A program made the translations under genes and the position numbers. Shown here in pieces: positions 18,781 to 28,749 of a stretch of 64,000 bases of DNA. Below the pieces are notes generated by a model. It was not told the DNA's origin. It made no database searches and saw only the letters and a program-made list of their open reading frames with translations. Source of the DNA: Chlorobiaceae bacterium. GTDB taxonomy: Bacteria; Bacteroidota; Chlorobiia; Chlorobiales; Chlorobiaceae. The stretch's first letter is position 1; every line of letters begins with the position of its first letter. Where the stretch lies: positions 11,490 through 75,489 of the forward strand of contig JAAXXL010000002.1 of assembly GCA_013334485.1 (NCBI GenBank). The letters are read 5' to 3'.

Positions 18781-18909
18781 CATCTCCTCCATTCGAATCT
18801 TGATAGCTTCTATTGGAAATTGCTTTTTCTCAAATTCATCAGGCTCACCAAAGCTGCGCAACAACCCGTCAACAATCATCAACTGATCTGCCGGTTGGCG
18901 CCCTATCAT
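18778..18909 (-). pseudogene. HigA-like antitoxin remnant (43-codon ORF; similarity only over about 18781-18840)
   Basis: Manual translation ends DEFEKKQFPIEAIKIRMEEM*, which resembles the HigA motif DEYEKKHYPIEAPDPIEAIKIRMEEM; the HTH domain is absent. Confidence 0.6.
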
Positions 18910-19173
18910 CTGCTCTGTTGAATGACTCCAGTGAAATATACAGCAAATCGATTACTGAATAACTACAAGAGACAAAAAAGAGTCAGGGCAAGCGTCCGGT
19001 GTACCCAAGTTGGCCTGCGGGGGTTAATGCAAACGGAGGAGGAAAAACTGTGCAATAATGGGGTTTCAGCGCCACTTATGTTATGGCGTGCTCATGAATC
19101 TGCGATATTTTTATTAAGTTATGCTACTCATATAAAGCATCACAAATCCTGCAAGGAAGATATCCAAGACGGA

Positions 19174-20247
19174 ATGAACGATAGAGAGAGCAATATAACA
19201 ATTGAGCGCAAGCACAGCCACGTGGAGATCTGTCTTCATGGCGATATTGCCTTCAGCGGCAAAACCACCGGTTTTGAGCGCTACGAATTTGAGCACAATG
19301 CCGTGCCTGAACGCTCTTTTGCCGATATCAGCCTCTCAACAACCTTCCTTGGCAGAACCATCGCAGCTCCGCTCATGATCTCCTCCATGACGGGAGGATA
19401 CAGTGAAGCAACGTTTCTGAACCAGCGCCTTGCCGAAACGGCCGAGCAGTTCAGAATACCGCTCGGTGTCGGAAGCATGCGCCAGGCGCTTGAAAACAGT
19501 TCGCACCGCGAAAGCTTTGCCATAGTCAGAAAATACGCCCCTTCTGTTCAGATCTTTGCCAATATAGGCGCACCGGAAATAGCCAAAGGGTTGACAGAGA
19601 GCGATGTAAGCATCATGCTTGATCTGCTTGAAGCCGATGGACTCATTGTACATTTTAATGCCGCACAGGAGCTTTTTCAGCCTGAAGGCAATACTGATTT
19701 TCGCCATGTGCTTGATCATCTCAGCACGATCACCGCTAAAATCCCTGTGCCGGTTATAGCCAAAGAGGTCGGGAGCGGCATATCGGCGGAGGCAGCACGC
19801 AAGCTTGTTGAGGCCGGAGTAAAAGTGATTGATGTTGCAGGTGCTGGAGGCACCAGTTGGCAGAAAGTTGAAGAGATACGCTATACACGCCAGTTCGGTA
19901 CTGAGAACCGCTTCAGCACCCCGGCTCTTGAAGAGCTGCTGAACTGGGGAATACCTACGGCACAATGCCTGAAGGAGATCGCGGCGTTGAAAACATCGAA
20001 CAAAAATTTCAGTACCGTAGAGGTCATCGCTTCCGGTGGCATAAAGAGCGGAATAGATATTGCAAAATCGCTGGCGCTTGGCGCAAATCTTGGAGCATCG
20101 GCAGGTCAATTGCTGAAAGCTCTTCACGAAGGAGTACTTGAACTGACCATCGAATCATGGCTGAACGACCTCAGGGCCGTCATGTTTCTCACCGGAGCGG
20201 CTACAATTGAGGAGCTTCGGAGCAAAATCCTTATCATAAAACAATGA
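19174..20247 (+). CDS. fni: Type 2 isopentenyl-diphosphate Delta-isomerase (FMN-dependent)
   Basis: [55 protein letters not shown]; start revised to ATG 19174 (the ORF-track upstream extension is probably non-coding). Confidence 0.95.
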   Translation: MNDRESNITIERKHSHVEICLHGDIAFSGKTTGFERYEFEHNAVPERSFADISLSTTFLGRTIAAPLMISSMTGGYSEATFLNQRLAETAEQFRIPLGVGSMRQALENSSHRESFAIVRKYAPSVQIFANIGAPEIAKGLTESDVSIMLDLLEADGLIVHFNAAQELFQPEGNTDFRHVLDHLSTITAKIPVPVIAKEVGSGISAEAARKLVEAGVKVIDVAGAGGTSWQKVEEIRYTRQFGTENRFSTPALEELLNWGIPTAQCLKEIAALKTSNKNFSTVEVIASGGIKSGIDIAKSLALGANLGASAGQLLKALHEGVLELTIESWLNDLRAVMFLTGAATIEELRSKILIIKQ

Positions 20248-21257
20248 CCGACTGCACAATGACTATACCCGTAACACAGGAACTCGTCGAAAAAAAGTAC
20301 CGGATCTACCACACCAAAATCAATGATGCTCTCGGAACATGTTTTGAAAAACATTCACCGGTAACACTCTATGAGCCCGCGAGGTATATTCTGGAAGGAA
20401 AGGGAAAAAGAATCCGTCCTTTTCTTACGCTCCTTGCTTCTGAAGCGGTCTGTGGCTCATCAGACAATGCTCTCAATGTCGCACTTGCGGTGGAAGTTCT
20501 GCATAATTTCACACTGATGCATGACGACATCATGGATCAGGCCGACCTGCGCCACGGCAGACCAACCGTTCACCTTGAGTGGAATGTCAATGCAGCGATA
20601 CTCTCCGGAGATATGATGATTGCCTACGCCTATGAGCTCGCTCTCAAGGCAAAAAGCAGCCGTCACGCTGAACTGGTTCATATTCTCAACGATGCCAATA
20701 TCACAATTTGCGAGGGACAGGCTCTCGATATGGAGCTTGAAGAGAAAAAAGATGCAACAATTGCCGACTATCTTGACATGATTGCCAAGAAAACAGGACG
20801 CCTGATCTCAGCCGCACTTGAAGCCGGAGGTGTTGCAGGGAATGCTACGGATGAACAGCTTAAAAGTCTGGTAGAGTTCGGTGAAAAAATTGGAAGGGCG
20901 TTTCAGATTCAGGATGACTATCTTGATATCATGGCTGATAATGGCAAATCGGGCAAAATCGCAGGCGGTGATGTCATGAACGGCAAAAAAACCTATCTGC
21001 TCCTGCGTTCGCTTGAACTGACATCAGGAAAGGAACACGATCTCCTTCACTCCATCTTCATGAACAAAGGAATCAGTGCTGAAAGGGTTCCGGAAGTAAA
21101 AGCCATATTTGAGCAGTGCGGTGTGCTTGAAGAGACTGCTGCACTCATCAACACCATTACTGAAGAGGCTCTCTCAGCCATTGACACCCTGCCCTTTGCT
21201 GAAGGAAGGGAGTACCTTAAAGGATTTTCAAATATTCTCATGAAGCGGGATTTCTGA
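20244..21257 (+). CDS. Short-chain polyprenyl diphosphate synthase (probable GGPP synthase)
   Basis: GKRIRP, FARM HDDIMD with Phe at -5, RHGRPT, GQALD, KKT, SARM QDDYLD; ATGA overlap with fni. Confidence 0.92.
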   Translation: MTDCTMTIPVTQELVEKKYRIYHTKINDALGTCFEKHSPVTLYEPARYILEGKGKRIRPFLTLLASEAVCGSSDNALNVALAVEVLHNFTLMHDDIMDQADLRHGRPTVHLEWNVNAAILSGDMMIAYAYELALKAKSSRHAELVHILNDANITICEGQALDMELEEKKDATIADYLDMIAKKTGRLISAALEAGGVAGNATDEQLKSLVEFGEKIGRAFQIQDDYLDIMADNGKSGKIAGGDVMNGKKTYLLLRSLELTSGKEHDLLHSIFMNKGISAERVPEVKAIFEQCGVLEETAALINTITEEALSAIDTLPFAEGREYLKGFSNILMKRDF

Positions 21258-21289
21258 ATTTCACGCTTCTCCACACGGAAAGCATTTCC

Positions 21290-22417
21290 ATGGAAAAGAG
21301 AGTACTGCTTCTTGTCCTGACCCTCATTCCAGGGATCGGACCTTCAAGGATCAAAGCACTCATCAACCACCTGCCTGACATCACCAGTGTGATGCGGGCA
21401 GACGTTAACGAGTTGATGAAGATACCGGGCATAGGGGAACCGCTTGCCCGACAGATTTATAATTACCTCAGGGACTCCGGCAAAAAAGAGGCTGCACTGC
21501 GTAAGGCAGAAGAGCAGATTGCCTTGCTGCATCGCTACAATGCGACACTTCTGACCATTCTTGACCCTGACTACCCTCCTCTCCTGAAGGAGATCTACGA
21601 CCCTCCCCCCTGCCTCTTTATCCGGGGAAAACTGCCACAAGCGAACACTCCCGGTATAGCGGTTGTAGGGACAAGAAAGGCATCGCAATACGGCCGACAG
21701 TGTACAGAACAGCTCTGCGAGGGTCTGGTGAAAATCGGAGCGGTCATTTTCAGCGGTCTGGCCTATGGTATTGACATGACGGCACATACAAGCGCACTTG
21801 CACATGGAGGGAGAACTGTCGCCGTTCTTGCCACCGGAGTTGATACCATCTATACCGATCCACTTGGGAAAGTATGGCCGGGAATAATTGAACAGGGTGC
21901 ACTTATATCTGAAGAGTGGTTTGGTTCATCACTCTCTCCGGGAAAATTCCCGAAACGCAACCGAATCATATCAGGGATCACAGCCGGGACCCTGGTGACA
22001 GAATCCGATCTCAAAGGGGGGGCACTGATTACAGCCGCAAATGCCCTTGAGCAGAATCGTGAAGTATTTGCCGTACCCGGAAGTATTTTCTCGCGAAACT
22101 CAAGAGGAACGAACCGGCTGATCCAGCAGGGGCAGGCAAAAGCCGTTATGAGTGTTGAAGATATCATTACAGAGCTCTGGCCTCAATTTGCAAACATGCT
22201 TTCAGGAGTTGATGCTCTTTCGGCAAACCTTCCGGAGATTCAGTTGAACGACAGTGAACGAACAGTTTTACAATGCATGACAAGAGAGCCCGTTCATATT
22301 GATGCGCTGGCATTGCAGACAGGGATGGATATCTCAGCTCTGCTCGTCCATCTTTTTGAACTTGAGCTGAAATCTGCGGTCAAACAGATGCCTGAACAGT
22401 TTTTCAGAAAAACATAA
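21290..22417 (+). CDS. dprA: DNA-processing protein DprA
   Basis: AVVGTR, SGLAYGID, FPKRNRIISG, GGALITA, REVFAVPG; C-terminal winged helix. Confidence 0.96.
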   Translation: MEKRVLLLVLTLIPGIGPSRIKALINHLPDITSVMRADVNELMKIPGIGEPLARQIYNYLRDSGKKEAALRKAEEQIALLHRYNATLLTILDPDYPPLLKEIYDPPPCLFIRGKLPQANTPGIAVVGTRKASQYGRQCTEQLCEGLVKIGAVIFSGLAYGIDMTAHTSALAHGGRTVAVLATGVDTIYTDPLGKVWPGIIEQGALISEEWFGSSLSPGKFPKRNRIISGITAGTLVTESDLKGGALITAANALEQNREVFAVPGSIFSRNSRGTNRLIQQGQAKAVMSVEDIITELWPQFANMLSGVDALSANLPEIQLNDSERTVLQCMTREPVHIDALALQTGMDISALLVHLFELELKSAVKQMPEQFFRKT

Positions 22418-22623
22418 GTAATGACGGGTCGTCAAGAAAAACCGATTTTCCTTTAAACCAACAGCAGATTCAGGGATCGGGACAAACCCGGCAGAAAATC
22501 CGCAAGCGTGCGGGCTTATCAGCTTTTTATAGTATTTTGTCGGGGAATTATTACCTTTGAGTGTATAATTTCGTCCAATAACACATTATATATTTTCAAC
22601 TCAGAACAAACATAACCTAAACC

Positions 22624-23175
22624 TTGAAATTGATGAATCATTCAGGAGGATTTATAAGCGTCTCCCGCCGTGTCATTCTTTCGGCTGCATTAAGCGTTAT
22701 GCTTTTTGCTCCTCTTTCGGCTGAGGCCGCGCAGGAAACAGGCAAGGTTGGCGTTGTGGATTTCGGAAAACTCATTCAGCAGTTACCTGAAACAAAAGTG
22801 GCAGAAACCACCCTTCAGGCAACAGCAGCTCCTCTCCAGAAAGAGCTTGCCCGTTTGAATGCGGATTATCAGAAATCAGTCGCAGCTTATCGCCAACTGC
22901 CCGCAACAGCAAGCAAAGCAGTGAGAGACCAGAAAGAGCAGGAAGCCAACACTAAAGGTCAGGCTCTCCAGAAATATCAGCAGGAGCAGGGTGTAGCTGT
23001 TGAAAAAAAGCAGCAGGAGCTCTTGACTCCAATACGCGAGAAGGTACTCGCCGCAATCAAGGCAATCGCACAGCAGGGAGGATTTACCCTTGTGATTGAT
23101 AAAGGTGTCCAGGTTTACGGGACTCCTGAACATGATCTGACATTCAAGGCAATGAACCAATTGAATATCAAGTAA
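22624..23175 (+). CDS. Periplasmic chaperone Skp/OmpH family
   Basis: Signal peptide, KVGVVDF, long coiled-coil, C-terminal HDLT; TTG start uncertain (ATG 22633 possible). Confidence 0.88.
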   Translation: MKLMNHSGGFISVSRRVILSAALSVMLFAPLSAEAAQETGKVGVVDFGKLIQQLPETKVAETTLQATAAPLQKELARLNADYQKSVAAYRQLPATASKAVRDQKEQEANTKGQALQKYQQEQGVAVEKKQQELLTPIREKVLAAIKAIAQQGGFTLVIDKGVQVYGTPEHDLTFKAMNQLNIK

Positions 23176-23178
23176 TTA

Positions 23179-23736
23179 GTGACGGTGTTCAAAAAGTTAA
23201 TTGTTCTTTTTCTCCACGCTCAACTGATTGTTTTGACTGGATGCGGCACTTCTCACGAGGAGCGCCGCTCTCCGGAGACTGCATTTATCGGCATCAATCA
23301 TCCCGTTCAGGAGAGCTGGGCAGCAAAACTTGCCATTACAGAGTCAGGAATGACCACCGGAGTCATTGAAGCTGCTCACGGGGCGATATACAAAACAGAT
23401 ACCGGAGATGAACATCATCTTGACGGGGGAATCAAGGTTACCTTCTTTGACGTCAACGGCCGTTCCACGACGTCGATAACAGCCGCGAATGCTGTTATTC
23501 ATGATAATCAGGATATCGAGGCATACGGTAATGTCGTCATTACCTCCAATGAAACAACGGTTGTCAGAACCGAATATATCAGACGGAGTGCCAAAGATAA
23601 CATGATCCGCTCAGACAAATTTGTAACGATTACAAGACCGGAAGAGACCATAAGGGGATATGGTTTTGAAAGCGATCAAAACTTAAAGAAATACCGCATT
23701 TTCAGGGGAAGCGGCGAAACGTTTATAAAACAATAA
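23179..23736 (+). CDS. lptC: LPS export ABC transporter periplasmic protein LptC
   Basis: Lipoprotein-like N-terminus, [27 protein letters not shown], as in FCB-group LptC. Confidence 0.82.
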   Translation: MTVFKKLIVLFLHAQLIVLTGCGTSHEERRSPETAFIGINHPVQESWAAKLAITESGMTTGVIEAAHGAIYKTDTGDEHHLDGGIKVTFFDVNGRSTTSITAANAVIHDNQDIEAYGNVVITSNETTVVRTEYIRRSAKDNMIRSDKFVTITRPEETIRGYGFESDQNLKKYRIFRGSGETFIKQ

Positions 23737-23752
23737 TGAAGTTTATCTGTTC

Positions 23753-24139
23753 ATGAAATTACATCTATTAAAATCAAAAATCCACAACGCTATAGTTACA
23801 AGTGGTGATCTTGAATATGAAGGCAGTATCACCATAGACAATGAACTGCTTGAGATGGTAGATATGATCCCCAACGAAAAAGTGCTTGTGGTCAACAATA
23901 ATAATGGCGAGCGATTTGAAACCTATATCATCAAGGGTGAACATGGCTCCAGGGTTATCCAGCTTAATGGTGCCGCTGCCCGCTGCGCTCTGCCTGGCGA
24001 TGAGATCATCATCATGACCTATGCTGTCATGGATGAAGATGAGGCTCGAAACTATAAACCCATGGTTCTTATTGTTGATAAACAGAACAACCCAAAAAGC
24101 CGACACCGCGTTGGCGAATTGAGCGAACCACTATCATAG
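23753..24139 (+). CDS. panD: Aspartate 1-decarboxylase
   Basis: LLKSKIH, self-cleavage site [23 protein letters not shown]. Confidence 0.97.
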   Translation: MKLHLLKSKIHNAIVTSGDLEYEGSITIDNELLEMVDMIPNEKVLVVNNNNGERFETYIIKGEHGSRVIQLNGAAARCALPGDEIIIMTYAVMDEDEARNYKPMVLIVDKQNNPKSRHRVGELSEPLS

Positions 24140-24170
24140 CCCCCCTTTACTTCAATATTAGATTATAGTT

Positions 24171-24911
24171 ATGGGACTTGCAGTTATCATCATGGCCGCC
24201 GGAAAAGGCACACGCATGCATTCAGATCTTCCAAAAGTGCTGCACAAAGCAAACGGAAAGCCTCTGATTACCTATGTTCTTGACACATCGAACGCACTTG
24301 ATCCTGAAAGAGTTGTACTCATCGTCGGCCATAAGGCTGAGCTTGTAAAGAACGCCACTGCAAACTATTCATTGACAGCAGCTCTTCAGGAGCCGCAACT
24401 GGGAACCGGACATGCGGTCATGCAGGCAAAAGAGGCCCTGAAGAATTTTGAAGGTGAGGTACTCATCCTCTCCGGAGACGCACCTCTCGTTACGATCAGT
24501 ACGCTTCAGAAACTGATAGCATTTCACCGGACCAACAAAGCGACTGCAACCGTGCTGACGGCGAATCTTGAGGATCCTTCAGGCTACGGTAGAGTCATCC
24601 GGCACAATAACAGCGAGATTGTTCTTAAAATTGTTGAGCACAAAGATGCTACAGAGGAGGAGCGTGGCATTCAGGAAATCAACTCTGGCATTTATCTCTT
24701 TGATGCGCCCATACTGTTTCAGGCTCTCGGAGAAATAACGACCAATAACGCCCAGAACGAATACTATCTCACCGATGTATTCGGCATCTGCTTTAAAAGC
24801 GGCAAGCGGGTTTGCGCCTTCAAAACAGAGAATCCGGAAGAGATCGTAGGAATCAATACCACTGAACAGCTAAAGGAAGCCGAAGCAATACTGCTGAAGC
24901 AGCAAGCCTGA
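24171..24911 (+). CDS. Sugar-phosphate nucleotidyltransferase, GlmU N-terminal domain only
   Basis: AAGKGTRMHSDLPKVLH, QLGTGHAV, LSGDAP, GYGRV, EINSGIY, NAQNEYYLTD; no LbH acetyltransferase domain. Confidence 0.9.
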   Translation: MGLAVIIMAAGKGTRMHSDLPKVLHKANGKPLITYVLDTSNALDPERVVLIVGHKAELVKNATANYSLTAALQEPQLGTGHAVMQAKEALKNFEGEVLILSGDAPLVTISTLQKLIAFHRTNKATATVLTANLEDPSGYGRVIRHNNSEIVLKIVEHKDATEEERGIQEINSGIYLFDAPILFQALGEITTNNAQNEYYLTDVFGICFKSGKRVCAFKTENPEEIVGINTTEQLKEAEAILLKQQA

Positions 24912-24939
24912 CAAATGATATTAGTAGTCAAGGGAGAAG

Positions 24940-25006
24940 GCTCTTAATTCTTTTATAAGTCCTATAGGTACCATAGGTCGTATAGGACCTATGGAAGAAT
25001 AAGAGC
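24940..25006. repeat. Imperfect 67-bp palindrome with 9-bp periodic core between convergent genes
   Basis: GCTCTTAATTCTTTTATAAGTCCTATA ... TATAGGACCTATGGAAGAATAAGAGC; core units AAGTCCTAT AGGTACCAT AGGTCGTAT AGGACCTAT. Confidence 0.7.
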
Positions 25007-25043
25007 ACAGGGTGAGAGAGTAACCTTGTTTGCCAGGCAGGAG

Positions 25044-25541
25044 TTATTTCCTGGATCGACGGGGCTTCTGAGTCTCTTTCTCTTCGGTGATTTTTGAGCG
25101 AGTGCCCGTTCCGGGCGATCCGGGTGAGGTGATATCTATACTGGAACTCTCTTTCTGAATACCCGCTTCATGCATGGAGTAGAACTCAACAAGATTACCG
25201 TCCGGATCCATAACAAAAAAAGCCCTTCCTTCCCTGCGATGAGACGGACGGGTAACGAGATGCACCCCTCTCTCATCAAGATAAATTGCCGCAGCATCGA
25301 CCTCCGCATCTGAGGAGAGCCTGAAACCGAAATGGTCTACCCTGATATCACGCGCCTCCGGAGAACCGGGCGTTTCAGCTTTCACCAATACCATCAAATC
25401 CGAATTGATACGAAGGTAGGAGATATTGGCACCAACCCTGTGGTCAAGTTTAAAACCAAGAATACCCCCGTAAAACGCTTCGGCAAGACCGAGGTCATTG
25501 ACACGAAGGGTAATCTGATTAATCCCCGTCAGTTTCATCAT
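25044..25541 (-). CDS. VOC (glyoxalase/bleomycin resistance) family protein
   Basis: ITLRVNDL...AFY, DHFGF, FFVMDPDGNLVEF. Confidence 0.9.
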   Translation of the reverse strand: MMKLTGINQITLRVNDLGLAEAFYGGILGFKLDHRVGANISYLRINSDLMVLVKAETPGSPEARDIRVDHFGFRLSSDAEVDAAAIYLDERGVHLVTRPSHRREGRAFFVMDPDGNLVEFYSMHEAGIQKESSSIDITSPGSPGTGTRSKITEEKETQKPRRSRK

Positions 25542-25872
25542 CTTCTTCTACTTGAACCGGCTTTTTTTCCGCAGTTTTTTCAAGAGTGTAATCATATTTG
25601 TGCTCGAAGTACTCCCCGACAGCCTTATGGGATGCCTTTTCACGAACCTCAAACTCAAGACTGATTGCGATCTGTTCGGGAAAAATCTTGTCCGATTCAG
25701 ATTCGCTGCTTGGATTGCGGATCATCTCCTTGTAGGGAAGCAACTTGTCTTCAAGATCAGCACGCTCGTCATCATGTATTTTTTTCGCTCTTTTAGAAAT
25801 CGCAACTACCGTCTCATACAAATTCGAGTGCGCACTTCTCAGCTTGTTCAAATCAACAGGTTTCACCGACAT
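25519..25872 (-). CDS. rpoZ: RNA polymerase omega subunit (FCB-type)
   Basis: NLYETVVAISKRA, EQIAISLEFE; directly downstream of gmk. Confidence 0.85.
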   Translation of the reverse strand: MSVKPVDLNKLRSAHSNLYETVVAISKRAKKIHDDERADLEDKLLPYKEMIRNPSSESESDKIFPEQIAISLEFEVREKASHKAVGEYFEHKYDYTLEKTAEKKPVQVEEDDETDGD

Positions 25873-25890
25873 TGCACTATATTATGACGT

Positions 25891-26469
25891 TTATAAAAGA
25901 AATGTTCTGACTTTTTCAGTAACTAAATCAACGGTGAGGGCCAGATTATCGTTCACAATCACCTCATCAAAACGGTCCGCATATTCCAGTTCAAGAGAGG
26001 CACGTTCAAGACGCAATTTCAGACTCTCTTCATCTTCACTCTCCCTGCCTTTAAGTCGAGCTTCCAATACCTCAAGGCTTGGTGGCTTAAAAAACAGTAG
26101 CAAAGAGTTTTCCGGAAAGAGCCGCTTGAGATTAAGGGCACCCTTGACATCCAGATCAAAAAGAAGATGGGTTCCACTCTCTATCGCCTCACCGGTTTTA
26201 TCAAGGAGGGTCCCGTAATGATTCCCGAAGAAATACTCATGTTCAATAAAACCACCGCTTCGGATCTTCTCCTCAAACTCTTCGCGACTCAGGAAATAAT
26301 AGTTAATCCCCTCTACTTCACCAACCCTCTTCTCCCGGGTTGTAGCTGATACCGAAAATCTGATACCCTGGATGCGCTCCAGCAACTGCTTGGCAATTGT
26401 TGATTTGCCGGTACCGGATGGAGCTGAAAAAACGATCAGTTTTCCCTGCCGTTTCCGTTCTACAACCAT
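25891..26469 (-). CDS. gmk: Guanylate kinase
   Basis: SAPSGTGKST, SVSATTR, NYYF, YGT, DLDVKGA. Confidence 0.97.
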   Translation of the reverse strand: MVVERKRQGKLIVFSAPSGTGKSTIAKQLLERIQGIRFSVSATTREKRVGEVEGINYYFLSREEFEEKIRSGGFIEHEYFFGNHYGTLLDKTGEAIESGTHLLFDLDVKGALNLKRLFPENSLLLFFKPPSLEVLEARLKGRESEDEESLKLRLERASLELEYADRFDEVIVNDNLALTVDLVTEKVRTFLL

Positions 26470-26473
26470 AACA

Positions 26474-27361
26474 TCACTCTATATTTTGCAATTGCTCCCT
26501 GACTTTTTCAAGCTCTTCCTTTACCCGTACCATTTTCTGGGATATCTCTGCATTCTGGGATTTCGACGCGATAGTATTGGCCTCACGAAGCTGCTCCTGT
26601 AGCAGAAAATTCAATTTCCTGCCTGTACCGCTTTCATCATTTCCCAGCTCTTCAAGGAAAAACTTGTTATGACTGGCGAACCTGGTTAACTCTTCGGTAA
26701 TATCAAGTTTGTCGGCAGCAAGAACCAGCTCCATTTCAAGACGGTCCCTGCTGTAGGCAAGATCCTTTGCCGCTATTGCCTCAACTTTTGCAGCCAGCCT
26801 TTTTCTGACCGACTCAAGATTCTCTACTGAAAGCGTGGCAACAAGAGTTAGTGTCGTTTCAATTTCCGCAAGTCTCTCACTGAAATCAACCAGCAGTTCC
26901 TCTCCCTCCCTGCGGCGCATCGCCTTGAGTCGCTCTATAGCTTCCTGAAGCAGTTTTTTGGCAACAGGCCAGAGTTTCTCTGTCTGGTCAAGGGAAGTAG
27001 CACCATTATCGAATACATCCGGAAACCGGAAGAGATGCTCAAGCGTAACTGGAGTAGTAATATCAGCTTCTCTCTGAAGGGTATCAAGCAGCCTCTTGTA
27101 GGCCTTGACCTTTGAAGCGTTGACACTGACGGTTATAGGCTGCTCCTCATCAAGCTGTACCTGTATAAATGCGGAGATTTTACCCCTTTGAAAATGGGCC
27201 CGTATCATTTCGCGGACTTCAAGCTCAAACGAGAGTAACTGACGGGGAAGCTTTACACTGATTTCGGCAAACCGGTTGTTGACTGAACGCAACTCAACAA
27301 GAGTGCGCACACCATTTTCAACGGACTCCGCGCTGCCATATCCGGTCATGCTTTCCAACAT
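26474..27361 (-). CDS. yicC: YicC/YloC family endoribonuclease
   Basis: MLESMTGYG, ELRSVNNRF, RGK, DITEELTR, GRKLNFLLQE, REANTIASK; start revised to ATG 27361. Confidence 0.93.
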   Translation of the reverse strand: MLESMTGYGSAESVENGVRTLVELRSVNNRFAEISVKLPRQLLSFELEVREMIRAHFQRGKISAFIQVQLDEEQPITVSVNASKVKAYKRLLDTLQREADITTPVTLEHLFRFPDVFDNGATSLDQTEKLWPVAKKLLQEAIERLKAMRRREGEELLVDFSERLAEIETTLTLVATLSVENLESVRKRLAAKVEAIAAKDLAYSRDRLEMELVLAADKLDITEELTRFASHNKFFLEELGNDESGTGRKLNFLLQEQLREANTIASKSQNAEISQKMVRVKEELEKVREQLQNIE

Positions 27362-27451
27362 AGGCTTCCCTGCTTCATTCTTTGTTAAAAAGATAACCTG
27401 CAGAGCTTGAGCCCTGCAGTGATCGGGCAAAAAGAGCTCAGAGTAAACTGC

Positions 27452-27721
27452 TTATTTGCGAAGATCCAGTTCGGCAATCACCTTGCGGTAACGGTCGATA
27501 TCAACATTCTTGATATAATTCAACATTTTTTTGCGCTTGCTTACCAGCATAAGCAGTCCACGACGGGAGTGCTTGTCCTTCGGATGCAACTGAAGATGGC
27601 CGGTAAGATCGGTGATTCTGCGGCTGTATAGTGCCACCTGAACTTCAGATTTTCCGGTATTCTTCTCAGATCCGCCGAACTGCTTGATAACTTCCGCTTT
27701 ATGCTCTTTTGTGAGGCTCAT
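27452..27721 (-). CDS. rpsO: 30S ribosomal protein S15
   Basis: TGKSEVQVAL, HPKDKHSRRGLL, LDLRK. Confidence 0.98.
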   Translation of the reverse strand: MSLTKEHKAEVIKQFGGSEKNTGKSEVQVALYSRRITDLTGHLQLHPKDKHSRRGLLMLVSKRKKMLNYIKNVDIDRYRKVIAELDLRK

Positions 27722-27766
27722 AGCTCTTCATTTGTTATGTTAAATCGATTGACCCGCAATATAATA

Positions 27767-28732
27767 TTATAAACAATACAACTCCACCGTTTTTTTATCT
27801 TTTTCAAGCTGGCCCTTCAGCTCGTCAACTGAGGCGAACTGCTCCTCCTCCCGGATAAACCGAAAAAGGCTGAACTTCAGATGACGGCCGTAAAGATTAC
27901 CGGAATAGCCAAGAATATAGGCCTCAACTGTTTTAATCCCCTCTGAACTGACCGTAGGACGTACACCGATATTCATCATAACCCGGAATGAACGCCCGTC
28001 AAGCTCGGTTCTTGCATAATAGACCCCACTCTTTGGCAACAACTTGTCAGGATCGGAAAGCTGAAGGTTAACAGTCGGAAAACCTATCTCACGGCCCCGC
28101 TTGTCACCATCAATAACAACTCCGCTTATCATATAGGGAGAGCCAAGAAACTCATTGGCCTCTTTGATCAGTCCGCTTGCAAGCAGTTGCCGGATTCTTG
28201 TACTTGAAAAGTGCTCATCACCTATCAACACTTCATCAAGCACCTCTACATCAAAATCGAGCTCACCGCAAAGATGCTCGAGCGTAATGCCGCTGCCACT
28301 CCTGTCGCGACCGAAAGCATGATCATAACCGATGATAATGCTTTTTGCTCCAATAAGAGCCACAAGCACATTGCGGATAAAATCCTCAGAGCTGCGCTGA
28401 GCAAAATCGGGTGTAAAGCGAACAACAAAAAGAAGATCCACCCCTTCCCTGGAAAGGAGATTAATTTTTTCTTCAAGCGTGGTAAGCAGTCCGAGAGGGC
28501 CGCTGACAACTCCCTTGAGCACTCTTCTTGGATGGGGTTCAAATGTCACAACCACACTTCTTAACTGACGACTTCGAGCAAGAGTAACAAGCCTTGCAAT
28601 AATCATCCTGTGACCCTTATGCACCCCGTCAAAAGAACCAATGGTAACTACTGAGCCGACTGCGGGAAAATCAAGAGGAGAGAGAGAGCCGAAACTACAG
28701 ACATGATGATTGTCATATTCCACAATACGCAT
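27767..28732 (-). CDS. ribF: Bifunctional riboflavin kinase/FAD synthetase
   Basis: GSFDGVHKGH, TFEPHP, GYDHAFG, SSTRIR, GFPTVN, NIGVRPT. Confidence 0.96.
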   Translation of the reverse strand: MRIVEYDNHHVCSFGSLSPLDFPAVGSVVTIGSFDGVHKGHRMIIARLVTLARSRQLRSVVVTFEPHPRRVLKGVVSGPLGLLTTLEEKINLLSREGVDLLFVVRFTPDFAQRSSEDFIRNVLVALIGAKSIIIGYDHAFGRDRSGSGITLEHLCGELDFDVEVLDEVLIGDEHFSSTRIRQLLASGLIKEANEFLGSPYMISGVVIDGDKRGREIGFPTVNLQLSDPDKLLPKSGVYYARTELDGRSFRVMMNIGVRPTVSSEGIKTVEAYILGYSGNLYGRHLKFSLFRFIREEEQFASVDELKGQLEKDKKTVELYCL

Positions 28733-28749
28733 ACTTCTGTTATCTCCCT

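Noticed and set aside
15545-18863. 10-bp direct repeat CTGCGCAACA at 15545-15554 and 18854-18863 flanking the permease + nuclease + ATPase block (possible att/TSD)
   Set aside because: Only 10 bp, does not extend, contains the palindrome TGCGCA, and no integrase or transposase is present. A match this short between a few hundred intergenic bases is near chance level.
18985-19035. GGTGTACCCAAGTTGGCC, vaguely like a tRNA D-arm or structured RNA upstream of fni
   Set aside because: No acceptor stem, anticodon arm or TTCG T-loop, and no recognisable riboswitch core.
18922-19173. 84-aa N-terminal extension of fni in the ORF track
   Set aside because: IDI-2 similarity starts at M85 (ATG 19174). 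The extension is low-quality sequence in what is likely a divergent promoter region.
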